A stretch of 64,000 nt of DNA, taken from NCBI GenBank assembly GCA_012295275.1, contig CM022667.1, positions 13,764,001 through 13,828,000 of the forward strand, in the 5' to 3' direction. The notes under the pieces were generated by a model, which saw only the letters and a list, made by a program, of their open reading frames with translations, searched no databases and was not told the DNA's origin. The position numbers and the translations under genes were made by a program. Numbering within the stretch: the first letter of the stretch is position 1; every line of letters starts with the position of its first letter. Below are positions 28,896 to 41,821 of the stretch, in pieces. Source of the stretch: Chrysomallon squamiferum (lineage: Eukaryota; Animalia; Mollusca).

Positions 28896-29370
28896 AAGAT
28901 CATACTTTTAGAGATCATTTCTATAGTATGCATCGCCAAGACGTCACGTCACGTAACACTGACGAACGACCGAGACCACGAGGACGAGACACAGCATCCT
29001 CTTCTGAGCGCGAAGCGGACTGGGGGAGTGGGACCGAGGGAGTGGTAGTGGGAAAGGGAGTGGTAGTGGGTCTGGGTCTGGGGGAGTGGGACAAGGAGTG
29101 GGACAGGGAGTGGTAGTGGTAGTGGGACAGGGTCTGGGTCTGGGTCTGGGGGACTGGGTCTGGGGGACTGGGTCTGGGGGACTGGGTCTGGGGGACTGGG
29201 TCTGGGGGACTGGGTCTGGGGGACTGGGTCTGGGGGAGTGGTAGTGGGACAGGGTCTGGGTTTGGGGGAGTGGGAGTGTCACCTTTTCGGCGACTCGCTC
29301 CTCGTCATTGATGACCGTTCCTCTCTTCCTTCAGTGGAGAGTTGGAGGAAGGGGAGGCATTCTGAGTGGT
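28896..29370 (+). ncRNA. U3: Variant U3 type B with ~250-nt G-rich insertion
   Basis: Same diagnostic changes; tract includes (GGGGGACTGGGTCT)n. Confidence 0.85.
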
Positions 29371-30066
29371 CAACAAACGTTTTTTAAAATCCAAAAATAT
29401 TAATGATATTTACTTGCCCTTTAACGCCAGAAGCATTATTATTCTACCACATTTATATAGCAACCAAAAGGCGCTTTACGGTGTAAAATGATAATCTAAA
29501 ATATGAGAAGACATAAAAATATTTAAAGGTGTTTAAAATAGTTAACAGACTAGCTTGAACGTTTTAAAATTAAAAAAACAACAAAAGAAGCAACTATATA
29601 TTAACTAAGTGGATTGAAAAGAAAAAAATTATTGTGCAATATTTGCATATAGCTGTTGTTTCAGCCTCACTGATGTTACTTGGGAGTCAGTTCCACAAAG
29701 TTAGTGACACCCTAAATGAAACATCTCTGGCTGTATGTTTATTATTCTTGGTGTTAGTAATCTTGATGAGATCGTAAGAGTCATAATTGGCCTATACACT
29801 TCCATCATGTCCTCGATGTACTCAAAGAAATAACAAGGATGTTTGTTCATTCAGTAAGATGTTAAATTATCACTAGTCGTAAATACTGATATTAGTGCAA
29901 CAGTATTTTATTTTATTTTATTTTTAAAAATAATTAATTTCTGTACAAGTATGTTCAAGGATGCTTTACAGTGCAAAATGATAATCTGAAATACGAGAAG
30001 ACTTGGATATAAACATATTCAAAGGTGTTTAAAATAGTTAATAGACTAGCTTGAACGTTTTAAAAT

Positions 30067-30109
<43 letters not shown>

Positions 30110-31298
30110 AAAACAAAACTATATATTAACAAAGTGGATTGAAAAGATAAAAACTATTTAGCAATGTTTTGAATGTAGCTGTTGTTTCAGCCTCACTGAT
30201 GTTAGTTGGCAGTCAGTTCCACAAAGTTGGTGCACCCTAACTTAAACATCTCAGGCCGTATTTTTGATGTTACTAATCTTTACGAGTTCTGTGATCCTAA
30301 ATGGACTGTACACTTCCAGCATGTCCTTGGTGTACTAAAACAAATAACAAAGATGTTTATTTATTCAGTAAGATGTTAAATTATCAACAAATGTAAATAC
30401 TGACATTCGTAGAACTGTATTTAATTTTATGTTATTTTAAAAACAATTCATTTATTCATTCATTTATTCATTAATTATTCAATTCATTCGGTTATTATTA
30501 GTAGTATTACTATTAGTATTGTTGTTGTTGTTGTTTAATGTAACCAATCCGAAAAATGGTAACAGATCTGTATCTGATTGTCCAGTGCTTATTATTTAAT
30601 ACCAACGTCAACAAAGATCTTTGCAAAGACAAGACTTTATCCTCATTAATCGTTTTTATTATAATTACCTGACATGTTTTCCGGGAAATTTTAAATTATT
30701 TCCTTATTTATTTATTTGTTAGTTTGTTTGTTTGTTTGTTTGTTTGTTTGTTTGTTTGTTTGTTTGTTTGTTTGTTAATTTTCAATTTACTATTTTCTTT
30801 CAGTGTGTATATTTACAAAAATTCACGTATATCCTCATATGCGTAAACTGAAGCACACCCACGCATACACTCAAATACACAGAGGCAGTATTTGAAAACG
30901 TTTTAATGATAATTATTAATCCAGTATTATAGTTAGAACTTGCGAGAACCTTAGAGTAAGGAGAATGTTCTCTAGAATTACACAGACATACTAAATATTT
31001 TGAAGTTCAGTTCAGTCTTTAAAAAACATTTGACTCGGTCAAAAACACAAACGAAAACAATTAAATAGAAAACTCGACATTCAAGAGCAGTTAGCTTTCT
31101 TAAATCGATAAAATAAATAAAATTAAACAAAAGAAGAAACTACAGTCATATGAACTACCAGAAGTATTAGAATTACTTTTACGAGTTATAGATTAATTAA
31201 CAAAGAATGAAACGAATATATTAATATGCATGATCAACGTACCATACTGAAACCGAACACTGTTTCATATATGCTCTATCCCGGAACCTGTACAATTT

Positions 31299-31518
31299 AA
31301 GATCATACTTTTAGGGATCATTTCTATAGTATGCATCGCCAAGACGTCACGTAACACTGACGAACGACCGAGACCACGAGGACGAGACACAGCCTCCTCT
31401 TCTGAGCGCGAAGCGGACTGGGAGTGTCACCTTTTCGGTGACTCGCTCCTCGTCATTGATGACCGTTCCTCTCTTCCTTCAGTGGAGAGTTGGAGGAAGG
31501 GGAGGCATTCTGAGTGGT
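31299..31518 (+). ncRNA. U3: U3 snoRNA, type A
   Basis: 220 nt, all boxes intact. Confidence 0.96.
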
Positions 31519-32657
31519 CCACAACCAATTTTTAAAAAACAAAAACAGTCAAATATATTATTGATATTTACTAGCCCTTTAACGCCAATGTAAACTGATA
31601 ATCTAAAATATGAGAAGCCTTCGACATTAACATATTTAAAGGTGTTTAAAATAGTTAACAGACTAGCTTGAATGTTTAAAAATTGAAAACAAAGTGGACT
31701 GAAAAGAAACAAATTATTTAGCAATGTTTTGAATGTAGCTGCTGTTTCCACCTCACTGATGTTACTTGGGAGTGTGTAGTTCTTATTCTTGATGTTATTA
31801 ATCTGTATGAGTTATGTGATCCTACTTGGCCTGCACACTTCCAGCATGTCCTTGATGTACTCAAAGAAATGACAAAGATGTTTCTTCAGTAAGATGTTAA
31901 ATTATCAACAGTCGTAAAAACCGATATTCGTGCAACAGTATTTTATTTTATTTTATTTTTAAAATAATTCATTCATTCATTCATTCATTCATTCATTCAT
32001 TCATTTTCTTTGTTGTTGTTGTTGTCGGTTAAGAACACGAAAAATGGTCACAGTTCTGTATCTGATTGACTACTGCTGATTGTTTAACGCCAGCATCACC
32101 GAAGATGTTTATAAAAACAACACTTTATCATCGTTAATCGTTTTCGTTATAATTACGTGACATGTTTTCTGGACAATTTTAAAATATTTATTTATTTATT
32201 TTACATTTTCAGTTGTTTACTTTTTTCTTCAGTATCTATTTTCATGGAACTATTGAGATTCGTGTATACACAAACATACATATAAACAAATACATGGTAC
32301 TTCAAAACGTTCTAATAATAATTTCTAGAAACACACCAATGTAACAAAAGAAAAACAAAATAATATTCAGTTCAGTCTGTAAAATTCATTTGACTCGGTC
32401 AAAAACCTAAAATATGTAATTAAATAAACATCTCGATATCCCTGAAAGGTTACCTTTGTTCAGTCGACAAAATCAATTATATTAAATAAAAGAACAAATA
32501 ACATTAATATTAACTATATGATGTGTTAGAATTACTTTTACGAATTAGGGATTAATTAACAAAAACTGAAATGATTATATTAATATGCATGATCAACGTA
32601 CCATTCTGAAAACGAATACTGTTTCATATATGCTCTATCCCGGAACCTGTACAATTT

Positions 32658-32954
32658 AAGATCATACTTTTAGAGATCATTTCTATAGTATGCATCGGCA
32701 AGACGTCACGTCACATAACACTGACGAACGACCGAGACCACGAGGACGAGACACAGCATCCTCTTCTGAGCGCGAAGCGGACTGGGGGAGTGGGACTGGG
32801 GGAGTGGTAGTGGGACAGGGAGTGGTAGTGGGACAGGGTCTGGGTTTGGGGGACTGGGAGTGTCACCTTTTCGGCGACTCGCTCCTCGTCATTGATGACC
32901 GTTCCTCTCTTCCTTCAGTGGAGAGTTGGAGGAAGGGGAGGCATTCTGAGTGGT
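32658..32954 (+). ncRNA. U3: Variant U3 type B with ~72-nt G-rich insertion
   Basis: Same diagnostic changes; shortest tract. Confidence 0.85.
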
Positions 32955-34333
32955 CAACAAACGTTTTTTAAAATCCAAAAATATTAATGATATTTACTTG
33001 CCCTTTAACGCCAGAAGCATTATTATTCTACCACATTTATATAGCAACCAAAAGGCGCTTTACGGTGTAAAATGATAATCTAAAATATGAGAAGACATAA
33101 ACATATTTAAAGGTGTTTAAAATAGTTAACAGACTAGCTTGAACGTTTTAAAATTAAAAAAACAACAAAAGAAGCAACTATATATTAACTAAGTGGATTG
33201 AAAAGAAAAAAATTATTGTGCAATATTTGCATATAGCTGTTGTTTCAGCCTCACTGATGTTACTTGGGAGTCAGTTCCACAAAGTTAGTGACACCCTAAA
33301 TGAAACATCTCTGGCTGTATGTTTATTATTCTTGGTGTTAGTAATCTTGATGAGATCGTAAGAGTCCTAATTGGCCTATACACTACCATCATGTCCTCGA
33401 TGTATTCAAAGAAATAACAAGGATGTTTGTTCATTCAGTAAGATGTTAAATTATCACTAGTCGTAAATACTGATATTAGTGCAACAGTATTTTATTTTAT
33501 TTTATTTGATTTTAAAAAGAATTCATTTATTCATTCATTTATTCATTAATTATTCAATTCATTCGGTTATTATTAGTAGTATTACTATTAGTATTGTTGT
33601 TATTGTTGTTTGATGTTATGAATCCGAAAAATGGTAACAGATCTGTATCTCAATCTCAGTGCTTATTATTTAATACCAACGTCAACAAAGATGTTTGCAA
33701 AGACAAGACTTTATCCTCATTAATCGTTTTTATTAAAATTACGTGACGTTTTTCCGGGAAATATTCAATTATTTATTTATTTATTTGTTTGTTTGTTTGT
33801 TTTCAATTTACTCTTTCCTTTCAGTGTGTATATCTGTACAAATGTACAAATTCACGTACATACTGATATACGTAAACTGAAACATACCCACGCACACACT
33901 CAAATACACAGAGGCAGTATTTTAAAACGTTAGACTGATAATTATTAATCCAGTATTATAGTTAGAACTTGGGAGAAACTTAGAGTAAGGAGAATGTTCT
34001 CTAGAATTACACAGACATACTAAATATTTTGTAGTTCAGTTCAGTCTTTAAAAATCAATTGACTCGGTCAAAAACACAGTAAAAAAAAAAAACATTAAAT
34101 AGAAAACTCGACATCCAAGGAAAGTTAGCTTTCTTAAATCGATAAAATAAATAAAATTAAACAAAAGAAGAAACTACAGTCATATTATCTACCACAGATA
34201 TTATAATAAATTTTTACGAATTATGGATTAATTGATAAAGACTGAAACGAATATATTAATATGCATGATCAACGTACCATAATGAAACCGAACACTGTTT
34301 CATATATGCTCTATCCCGGAACCTGTACAATTT

Positions 34334-34745
34334 AAGATCATACTTTTAGGGATCATTTCTATAGTATGCATCGCCAAGACGTCACGTAACACTGACGAAC
34401 GACCGAGACTACGAGGACGAGACACAGCCTCATCTTCTGAGCGCGAAGCGGACTGGGACTGGGACTGGGACTGGGACTGGGACTGGGACTGGGACTGGGA
34501 CTGGGACTGGGACTGGGACTGGGACTGGGACTGGGACTGGGACTGGGACTGGGACTGGGACTGGGACTGGGACTGGGACTGGGACTGGGACTGGGACTGG
34601 GACTGGGAGTGGGACTGGGCGTGGGCGTGGGAGTGTGTCTGGGAGTGGGAGTGTCACCTTTTCGGTGACTCGCTCCTCGTCATTGATGTCCGTTCCTCTC
34701 TTCCTTCAGTGGAGAGTTGGAGGAAGGGGAGGCATTCTGAGTGGT
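34334..34745 (+). pseudogene. U3: Type-A-derived U3 with near-pure (GGGACT)n expansion and mutated box C
   Basis: Box A canonical (GGGATC), no hinge duplication; 192-nt insert with ~26 perfect GACTGG units; box C TGATGA>TGATGT. Confidence 0.8.
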
Positions 34746-34947
34746 CCACAAACGTTTTTTAGAAACCAAAAATAGTAACAAATATTAATTCATTTTACTC
34801 ATTGTTTAACGTCAGAAATAATAAAGATCTTTTTTCATCAAGAACTTGTGCTGGTTAAGTCATAGATACTGATATTCCTATATCTGTTTCATTTTCTTTT
34901 TAATTCATCTTTCTTTGCATTTATTTTATTTTGTATTCTTTTGTTTT

Positions 34948-34995
<48 letters not shown>

Positions 34996-35770
34996 CTTAT
35001 TTATTTATTTATTTATTATTATTATTATTACTTCTTGTTAAATATATTGATTTCTCTACAGGTAAATCGGGTGTTTTGTGTGGATTATAAAGTTATGATT
35101 AGTTATTTTTATTTATTTAATTTTTTATTCTTGACATTTTTGTCAGTCTATTGCTGTTTACTTTCGCTATAAATTCACATACAAGGATATACATAAACAC
35201 ACACACACACATTCACACGCACACACATGCAGAGAAACAGACACACACAAGTATTTGAAAACGTTTTAATAATAATTATTAATCCGCTATTAATAAAAAA
35301 TTTCGAGAAAATATGAATAAAATGAATGATTTTTAGAAATACACGAACATGCATAGTATTTTAGGTTCAAATTCTGTTTGTAAAATTCATTAGAAAAGTC
35401 GATATTCAACAAAAGTTTTTATAAATCTACAAAATAAAGAACATTATATACAAGAAGAAATTTACAGTAATATTAAGCATCAGAAATATTAGAATTACTT
35501 TTTCGAATTTTGGATTTATTAATAATGAGTGAAATGACTATATTAATATGCATGATTAAGGTACCAAACTGAAACCATGTACTGTTTCATATATATATAT
35601 GTATGTATGTATGTATACGTATATGTAAATGTATGCATATTATCCGTATAATTATTACACACATATATATACACATAAACAAACATAAAACAACAACAAT
35701 AAAAAGAAGACAAAGAAGTAGATGAATAACATAAATAGTTTCTACTACTACTACTATTGTTAATACTACT

Positions 35771-35842
<72 letters not shown>

Positions 35843-36708
35843 AAGACGAGAAAAATAATCAACAAGAAAAAAGTCAAGAAAACCGTAAAGAAAAGGCAGA
35901 AGTAAAATGAAAATGAAAAATAAAATAAAATAAAATAAAATAAAATAAATAAAATAAAATAAAGAATAACATAAAACAAAATAAAAAACAGTAACAAAAA
36001 TTGTAGAACATTAATAATGCTGCATCACCATGAAAAAAACCCACACACACACAAAACGACAACAGAAGTTCAAAAAGTAAAAGCTAACAACTAATTAATG
36101 AGCACACCAGTATTGAAACCAAAGGATAGGAGGAACTAAATAATATTTGCAAAAGCCCACAGAATAAATATTTAAAAAAAAAGCAACAACATGTATTTAT
36201 TATTTTGTCTATTTGTTTATTTATTTTCAACTGTTTACTATTTCCTTTCAGTGTTTATTTCCATGCAAACATTCAAATGCACAAACAGAAATACACAGTG
36301 ACAGAACTTGAAATCGTTTTAATGATAATTATTAATCTTTATTATAATAAGAACTTGCGAGAAGCTTTGAGTAAGGCGAATGATTTCTAGAATTACGCAG
36401 ACATACTAAAATATTTTAATGTTCAGTTCAGTCTTTATAAATCATTTGAACCGGTCAAAAATGAAAAAGCAAAGAATGAAATACAAATCTCGATATCAAA
36501 GACAAGTTAGCTTTCTTAAATCGATAACATCAGTAACATTAAACAAAATAATGAATTACATTAATATTAGCTATCAATAGTAATAGAATTACGAATTATG
36601 GATTAATTAATAAAAACTGAAATGAATATATTAATATGCATGATCATCGTACCATACTGAAACCGAACACTGTTTCATATATGCTCTATCCCGGAACCTG
36701 TACAATTT

Positions 36709-36928
36709 AAGATCATACTTTTAGGGATCATTTCTATAGTATGCATCGCCAAGACGTCACGTAACACTGACGAACGACCGAGACCACGAAGATGAGACAC
36801 AGCCTCCTCTTCTGAGCGCGAAGCGGACTGGGAGTGTCACCTTTTCGGTGACTCGCTCCTCGTCATTGATGACCGTTCCTCTCTTCCTTCAGTGGAGAGT
36901 TGGAGGAAGGGGAGGCATTCTGAGTGGT
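36709..36928 (+). ncRNA. U3: U3 snoRNA, type A with C' box variant (GAAGATGA)
   Basis: 220 nt, promoter block intact. Confidence 0.92.
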
Positions 36929-37164
36929 CCACAAACGTTTTTTAAAATCCAAAAATAGTAACAAATATTAATTGTGTTTACTCGCTGTTTAACGCCAGAA
37001 ATAATAGGTTGTTTTTCATCAAGAACTTACTTTGGTTAAGTCATAATACTGATATTCCTAAAACTATTTAATTTTCTTTGTAATTCATTTTACTGTGTGT
37101 TTGTTTTGTTTTGTTTTTTTGTTTTGTTTTATTTTATTGATTGATTGATAGATTTATAATAATA

Positions 37165-37640
37165 ATAACTTAAAGGTTCTCGCAAGTTCTAACAATAATA
37201 CTGGATTAATAATTAACATCAAAACGTTTTCAAATACTTCGTCTGTGTATTTGAGCGTGGGTGTGTCTGTGTTTACGTATATGAGTATGTACGTGAATTT
37301 GTACATTTTTATAGATATACACACTGAAAGAAAATAGTAAATTGAAAACAAATAAATAAATAAGCAAATAATTTAAAATGTCCCAGAAAACATATCACGT
37401 AATTATAATAAAAACGATTAATGAGGATAAAGTCTTGTCTTTGTAAACATCTTTGTTGATTTTTGTATTAAATAATAAGCACTGGACAATCAGATATAGA
37501 TCTGTTACCATTTTTTTTAAATATATAATGTTATTTATTTTGTGGATTAATAAAAACTTTTCTTGAATATCAAGTTTTCTGTTTTATTTATTTTATTTGC
37601 TTTTTTGACCGAGTTAAAATATTTTTACAGACTGAACTAA
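37165..37640 (-). repeat. Inverted fragments of U3-array spacer
   Basis: Reverse complement of the spacer preceding type A copies (e.g. ~19130-19530). Confidence 0.75.
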
Positions 37641-37827
37641 ATGAGGCAGTCAGACAGACAGAAATACATATAATGATTTGTATACTGCGATAAAGCGAAA
37701 GCATGAAATGTTTTTAATTTTTACAGTCAGTCTTTTCGCTAAAAAGAAACCAGGAAAAAACACAAAGATAAAATAGACTGTTTTTCTCTCAATTTATATA
37801 TATATTTGGGGGGGATTTTGACTTTTT

Positions 37828-37859
<32 letters not shown>

Positions 37860-38059
37860 TATTTTAGTGATGTTTTCCGAAATAAACGTACGGGTACCGA
37901 ACCAATTATCCGGCGTCCTGAAATCCGGAAAGACCAGAAAACTGGAAGTTTTTTCCCGACACTATTTTCATAGTACTCTAGTTAAATACGATTATTATTA
38001 CCATCAACATCATCATCATCATCATCATTATCATTATTATTATAATACTTATTACTATG

Positions 38060-38099
<40 letters not shown>

Positions 38100-38948
38100 T
38101 TAAGATGTTTTAGGAAACATAACCATTTGGCATTTGATACGAAATGTAAGTAACTTATCTGATATACAGACAGAGACAGATGAATGGAGACCGCCCATAT
38201 AACATTGTCACAACAAAAATTTAAAGAAAACAACAACAACAACAAAAAAAATATTAAATATGTAAGTGTTAATATTTATTGAATTTTGCTGAATCTGTCC
38301 ATGAATCTTTGTCTCGTAATTCTTCAAAATTAGCCTATGCTCTGTAATAGTTGAATCAGATTCTGAAAAATATAAATGTATTAAAAAGATCAATGAATGT
38401 GAACCAATATTAGATTTACACACACTTAATAATAATAAAAATAACAATAACAACAACAACAACAATAACAGTAATAACAACAACAACAATAACAATAACA
38501 GTAACAATAACAACAACAGCAACAACAACAACAATAATAATAACAATAATAATAATAATAATAAGAAGAAGAAGAAGAAGAAGAAGAAGAGAAAGGAGGT
38601 GGAGGGGTACAAGGACAATAACAAGTAGAAAAATGAATGAATAGAAAGAAAGAGAAAGAAAAACAAGAAGAAAGAGAAAGATACAAGGAGAGGAAAAGGA
38701 AAAAAATGGTTATCGAGATGAAATAGTCAACATCACTGAATACTGAAAAATTCCTCAAACGAACATATACAGTGAAAAATAATTGTTTCGAATATAAATT
38801 ATAGAAAATATTCATATTCAATTAAACTAATTCAGGATTAGATGATAATGATAATGACACTGATAGAGATGATGATGACCCTCATCGATTATTATCATTA
38901 TTATTATCATAATCATTATCATCATTATCATTATCATCATCATCATCA

Positions 38949-38995
<47 letters not shown>

Positions 38996-39026
38996 TCGCA
39001 CAGTACCGAAATTACGGGAAAATTCA

Positions 39027-39215
39027 CTATTTTCCAGCACCCATCATCATTGGCATTTCGTCATAATTCGAAGAGATGGCAGAAATCAGTTGATGCAGAA
39101 TCTGTTGATAAATTTCCTTCGTCTTCTGCAGGTTTTCTTCACAAGAGCAGTTAGCGTTTGTCATGACGAACAAAACTGACATCACGAAAACGAGAATCAG
39201 CAGTTTGGAAAACAT
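39027..39215 (-). CDS. Small secreted CxC/helical protein, type I (62 aa)
   Basis: MFSKLLILVFVMSVLFVMTNA|NCSCEENLQKTKEIYQQILHQLI..GAGK*; paralogous to six neighbours; putative 3'UTR exon acceptor ~38364. Confidence 0.85.
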   Translation of the reverse strand: MFSKLLILVFVMSVLFVMTNANCSCEENLQKTKEIYQQILHQLISAISSNYDEMPMMMGAGK

Positions 39216-39949
39216 TATTTCGTCTCTCTATTTCTCCTTGAAACTGTTTCGCCGAGAAAAACTTTCAAAGTGGACACACGGTAAGGTGTTTTGGTAATTA
39301 TACAGAAACATCAGAACAATAGTATTTATTTTATCCATATGGTAGTGGATTAAATCAAACAGAATAACATCTGATTAAATAAAAAAAATAATAAGCTTGT
39401 AAAAAAAATCCGCCATTTTGTTTTCTTCGAAAACATATTTTGTCACGTACTTGCTGCAGCTTCCTTCTTTCCTTTCGTCTGTCACACTACTGAAGTATCA
39501 CAGTAGGACATTTTAATAATGTCTAACAACAAAATGCTTATTTTAATGTATCATTGATAAAAGCTATTATGTTAATGTGTAGTTGATTATTTTACGCCAA
39601 CAGTAATACTGTTACTGTTGCTCTGTGTAGAAGTCAAGCCTAAGCTGTTTCATGGCACTGGATCAAAATTTAGCGATGCTCATCAAGGGCTATAAATAAA
39701 ACATTTCTTCATTCCTTTTCGTTTTATTGTATTATGTCAACATTATTTGTTCATAAAAAAACATGTTAGTATTTTATGTCAATACAAAATCGTGCTCAAC
39801 TATGAACCTTCTCATATAACAGATGGCTACCTACGTTTTACCAGTGAACTACGGCAACTGTATCTATATTTAAAAGTCGCTCACGTCAGTGCTGTCGTAG
39901 TATAATAAGAAAACAAGCTCGATCAGATCTTAGAAGCTCGATTCTCAAA

Positions 39950-40177
39950 ATGCTGTCGAAGTTGTTGTTCTGTGCTGCAGTCTTGGCCCTTGTGGCCGTC
40001 GTAGTCAACGCGCAGAGTTGCACGTGTGAGGAACGGTTGAGTGAAATGCAGATGTTCTACCAGTCTATGATCGATAAAGTTATCTCAACTTTGAAATCTG
40101 TCAAACAAAACCAGCAAGGGCCAGGGTACCCTCCAGACCTTGGGTATCCACAAGGACCAGGATATCCGAATCCATAG
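39950..40177 (+). CDS. Small secreted CxC/helical protein, type II (75 aa, GYP-repeat tail)
   Basis: Signal ..VVVNA|QSCTCEERLSEMQMFYQSMIDKVISTLKS + GPGYPPDLGYPQGPGYPNP; TAG immediately followed by GTAAGT; terminal exon from ~40814 with AATAAA ~40871. Confidence 0.88.
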   Translation: MLSKLLFCAAVLALVAVVVNAQSCTCEERLSEMQMFYQSMIDKVISTLKSVKQNQQGPGYPPDLGYPQGPGYPNP

Positions 40178-40974
40178 GTAAGTAAGTATACTCCAGCTGC
40201 TAAATAACTGACAATAAATATTTCTCAGGCACTTCTTTCGAAATGTATGGGCTGTACTAGATATGTTTACGTATTGGCATGCACTAGTAAACACAGGCAA
40301 GCTATTCCTGCCTATTTTCATGCTTATACCAGTCTCATTTGCTCTTACTTAATCACAATTATGATTCCAGTAAGTAAAGAAGAGGCACCTAGTGCAGAGG
40401 AACAAAAATACTGTAGTTTTTTCAGCTAAAGTCTACACTGTTTTGTTGGTGGAACGTTTGTGAGAATATTGCAACATTGGCTGTTCCATAGCATAGATAA
40501 ACAAAAAAATACGACTTTTACTTTTTACAAGTGATCCCATCTCTGGGAACCGGTTTTTTTCTAATAATACATCCTCAATGGGATAAGTGGGATCAGTGGC
40601 GGCGGATAAGTGATGGTCAATCTATACTGTTTTTAATGGATCTTTGTCATATTTAAACGTTTCTCTACGCGAATACTGCTTGGAGACATTTAGATTAACA
40701 AACAAACTGAAATGATATATTTTATCCTTTTACACATTTTTGCTGTTTTATTTCCATTCTTGATTTAACATTATTTTAACATTATAAATTTACAATTTAT
40801 ATTTTCCTTTCAGATCTCACACCACACGAGTTCCATGAAAGTATAGACGATTTCATTTGCAGAATGATTCAATAAATAATTTTGAAACGTTTGTTTCATT
40901 TTACTGCACACTTCGTTATATTTAAATTTATTCAGGCTAATGTGGAGTAAGGTTATTTATTTATTTATTACAAC

Positions 40975-41007
<33 letters not shown>

Positions 41008-41118
41008 CATCATCATCATCATCATCATTATTACAGTTATCATCATCATCATTATTATTATTACTTTTTTATTATTATTATTATTATTATTCATTCATTC
41101 ATTCATTCATTTAAATAT

Positions 41119-41149
<31 letters not shown>

Positions 41150-41821
41150 TCTTTTTGTTTGTTTGTTTATTAATATACCGAAAAATCAAAATCATCTGCC
41201 GGTTGTCCTAAAACAGCAGCAGCAACAACAACAACATCTGGTTCGAGAACCTTGGGAAACAGTCAGAAATATGTACACGTTGTTGCCAGTGTTAAAATGG
41301 ATATATGACACGCGATAAATATAAATTAAGTCGGAAATTAAATGAAAATATTTATTGCTTTTATTCATTAACGCCCAGCATAAAAATGCCTTTTAATTAC
41401 TTGATATTGCAGATAGAGGTGACTCGACGAGATACCGACAATTACTCCCACAATGCACTTCAAAGTGTAACGGATGTTGCCATGTTTTCACCTGGAACGT
41501 GAATACGTTATAACCTAACACTCCTGTAGCTTTAGTATATACCTTAATTAAGATAAAATTGATAAAGCTGTATTACTCAGGCAGATGCACAAATATAATG
41601 TGATAAAATAAAGATAATTAAATGATTTTTACTTATACAGTTAAGATCCACGTACTCTGCTAATACAAACTCATATAAAATCATTTCCGACAACAATACT
41701 TCATCAGTCAACATTTTGTTTTAGAGGAAGAAACACTGTTATTGATAACTCCGAAGTCTGTTCGTGAAAGTTTAAAAATATACATATATATATATTTTAA
41801 ATTCGAGATACTTGAACCAAA

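Larger units (their letters stand above)
17744..34333 (+). repeat. Higher-order tandem array, ~3.6-3.8-kb dimer unit (canonical U3 + variant U3)
   Basis: Canonical U3 starts at 19881, 23711, 27538, 31299 and variant starts at 21236, 25070, 28896, 32658 (constant offset 1355-1359 bp). Spacers are near-identical. Confidence 0.95.

Noticed and set aside
34451-34610. (GGGACT)n as interstitial telomere
   Set aside because: Not TTAGGG; derives from the GGACTGGGAGTG seed within U3.
21268-34657. Gly/Trp- or Pro-rich ORFs (MHRQDVT..., MTLPLP...PVPVPV) resembling structural proteins
   Set aside because: They are frames through U3 and its hexamer tracts; frame and stop vary among copies.
17744-36928. 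Regularly spaced conserved repeats as CRISPR-like or rDNA/5S array
   Set aside because: Eukaryotic context; the conserved unit is 220-nt U3 and the spacers are homologous, not unique.
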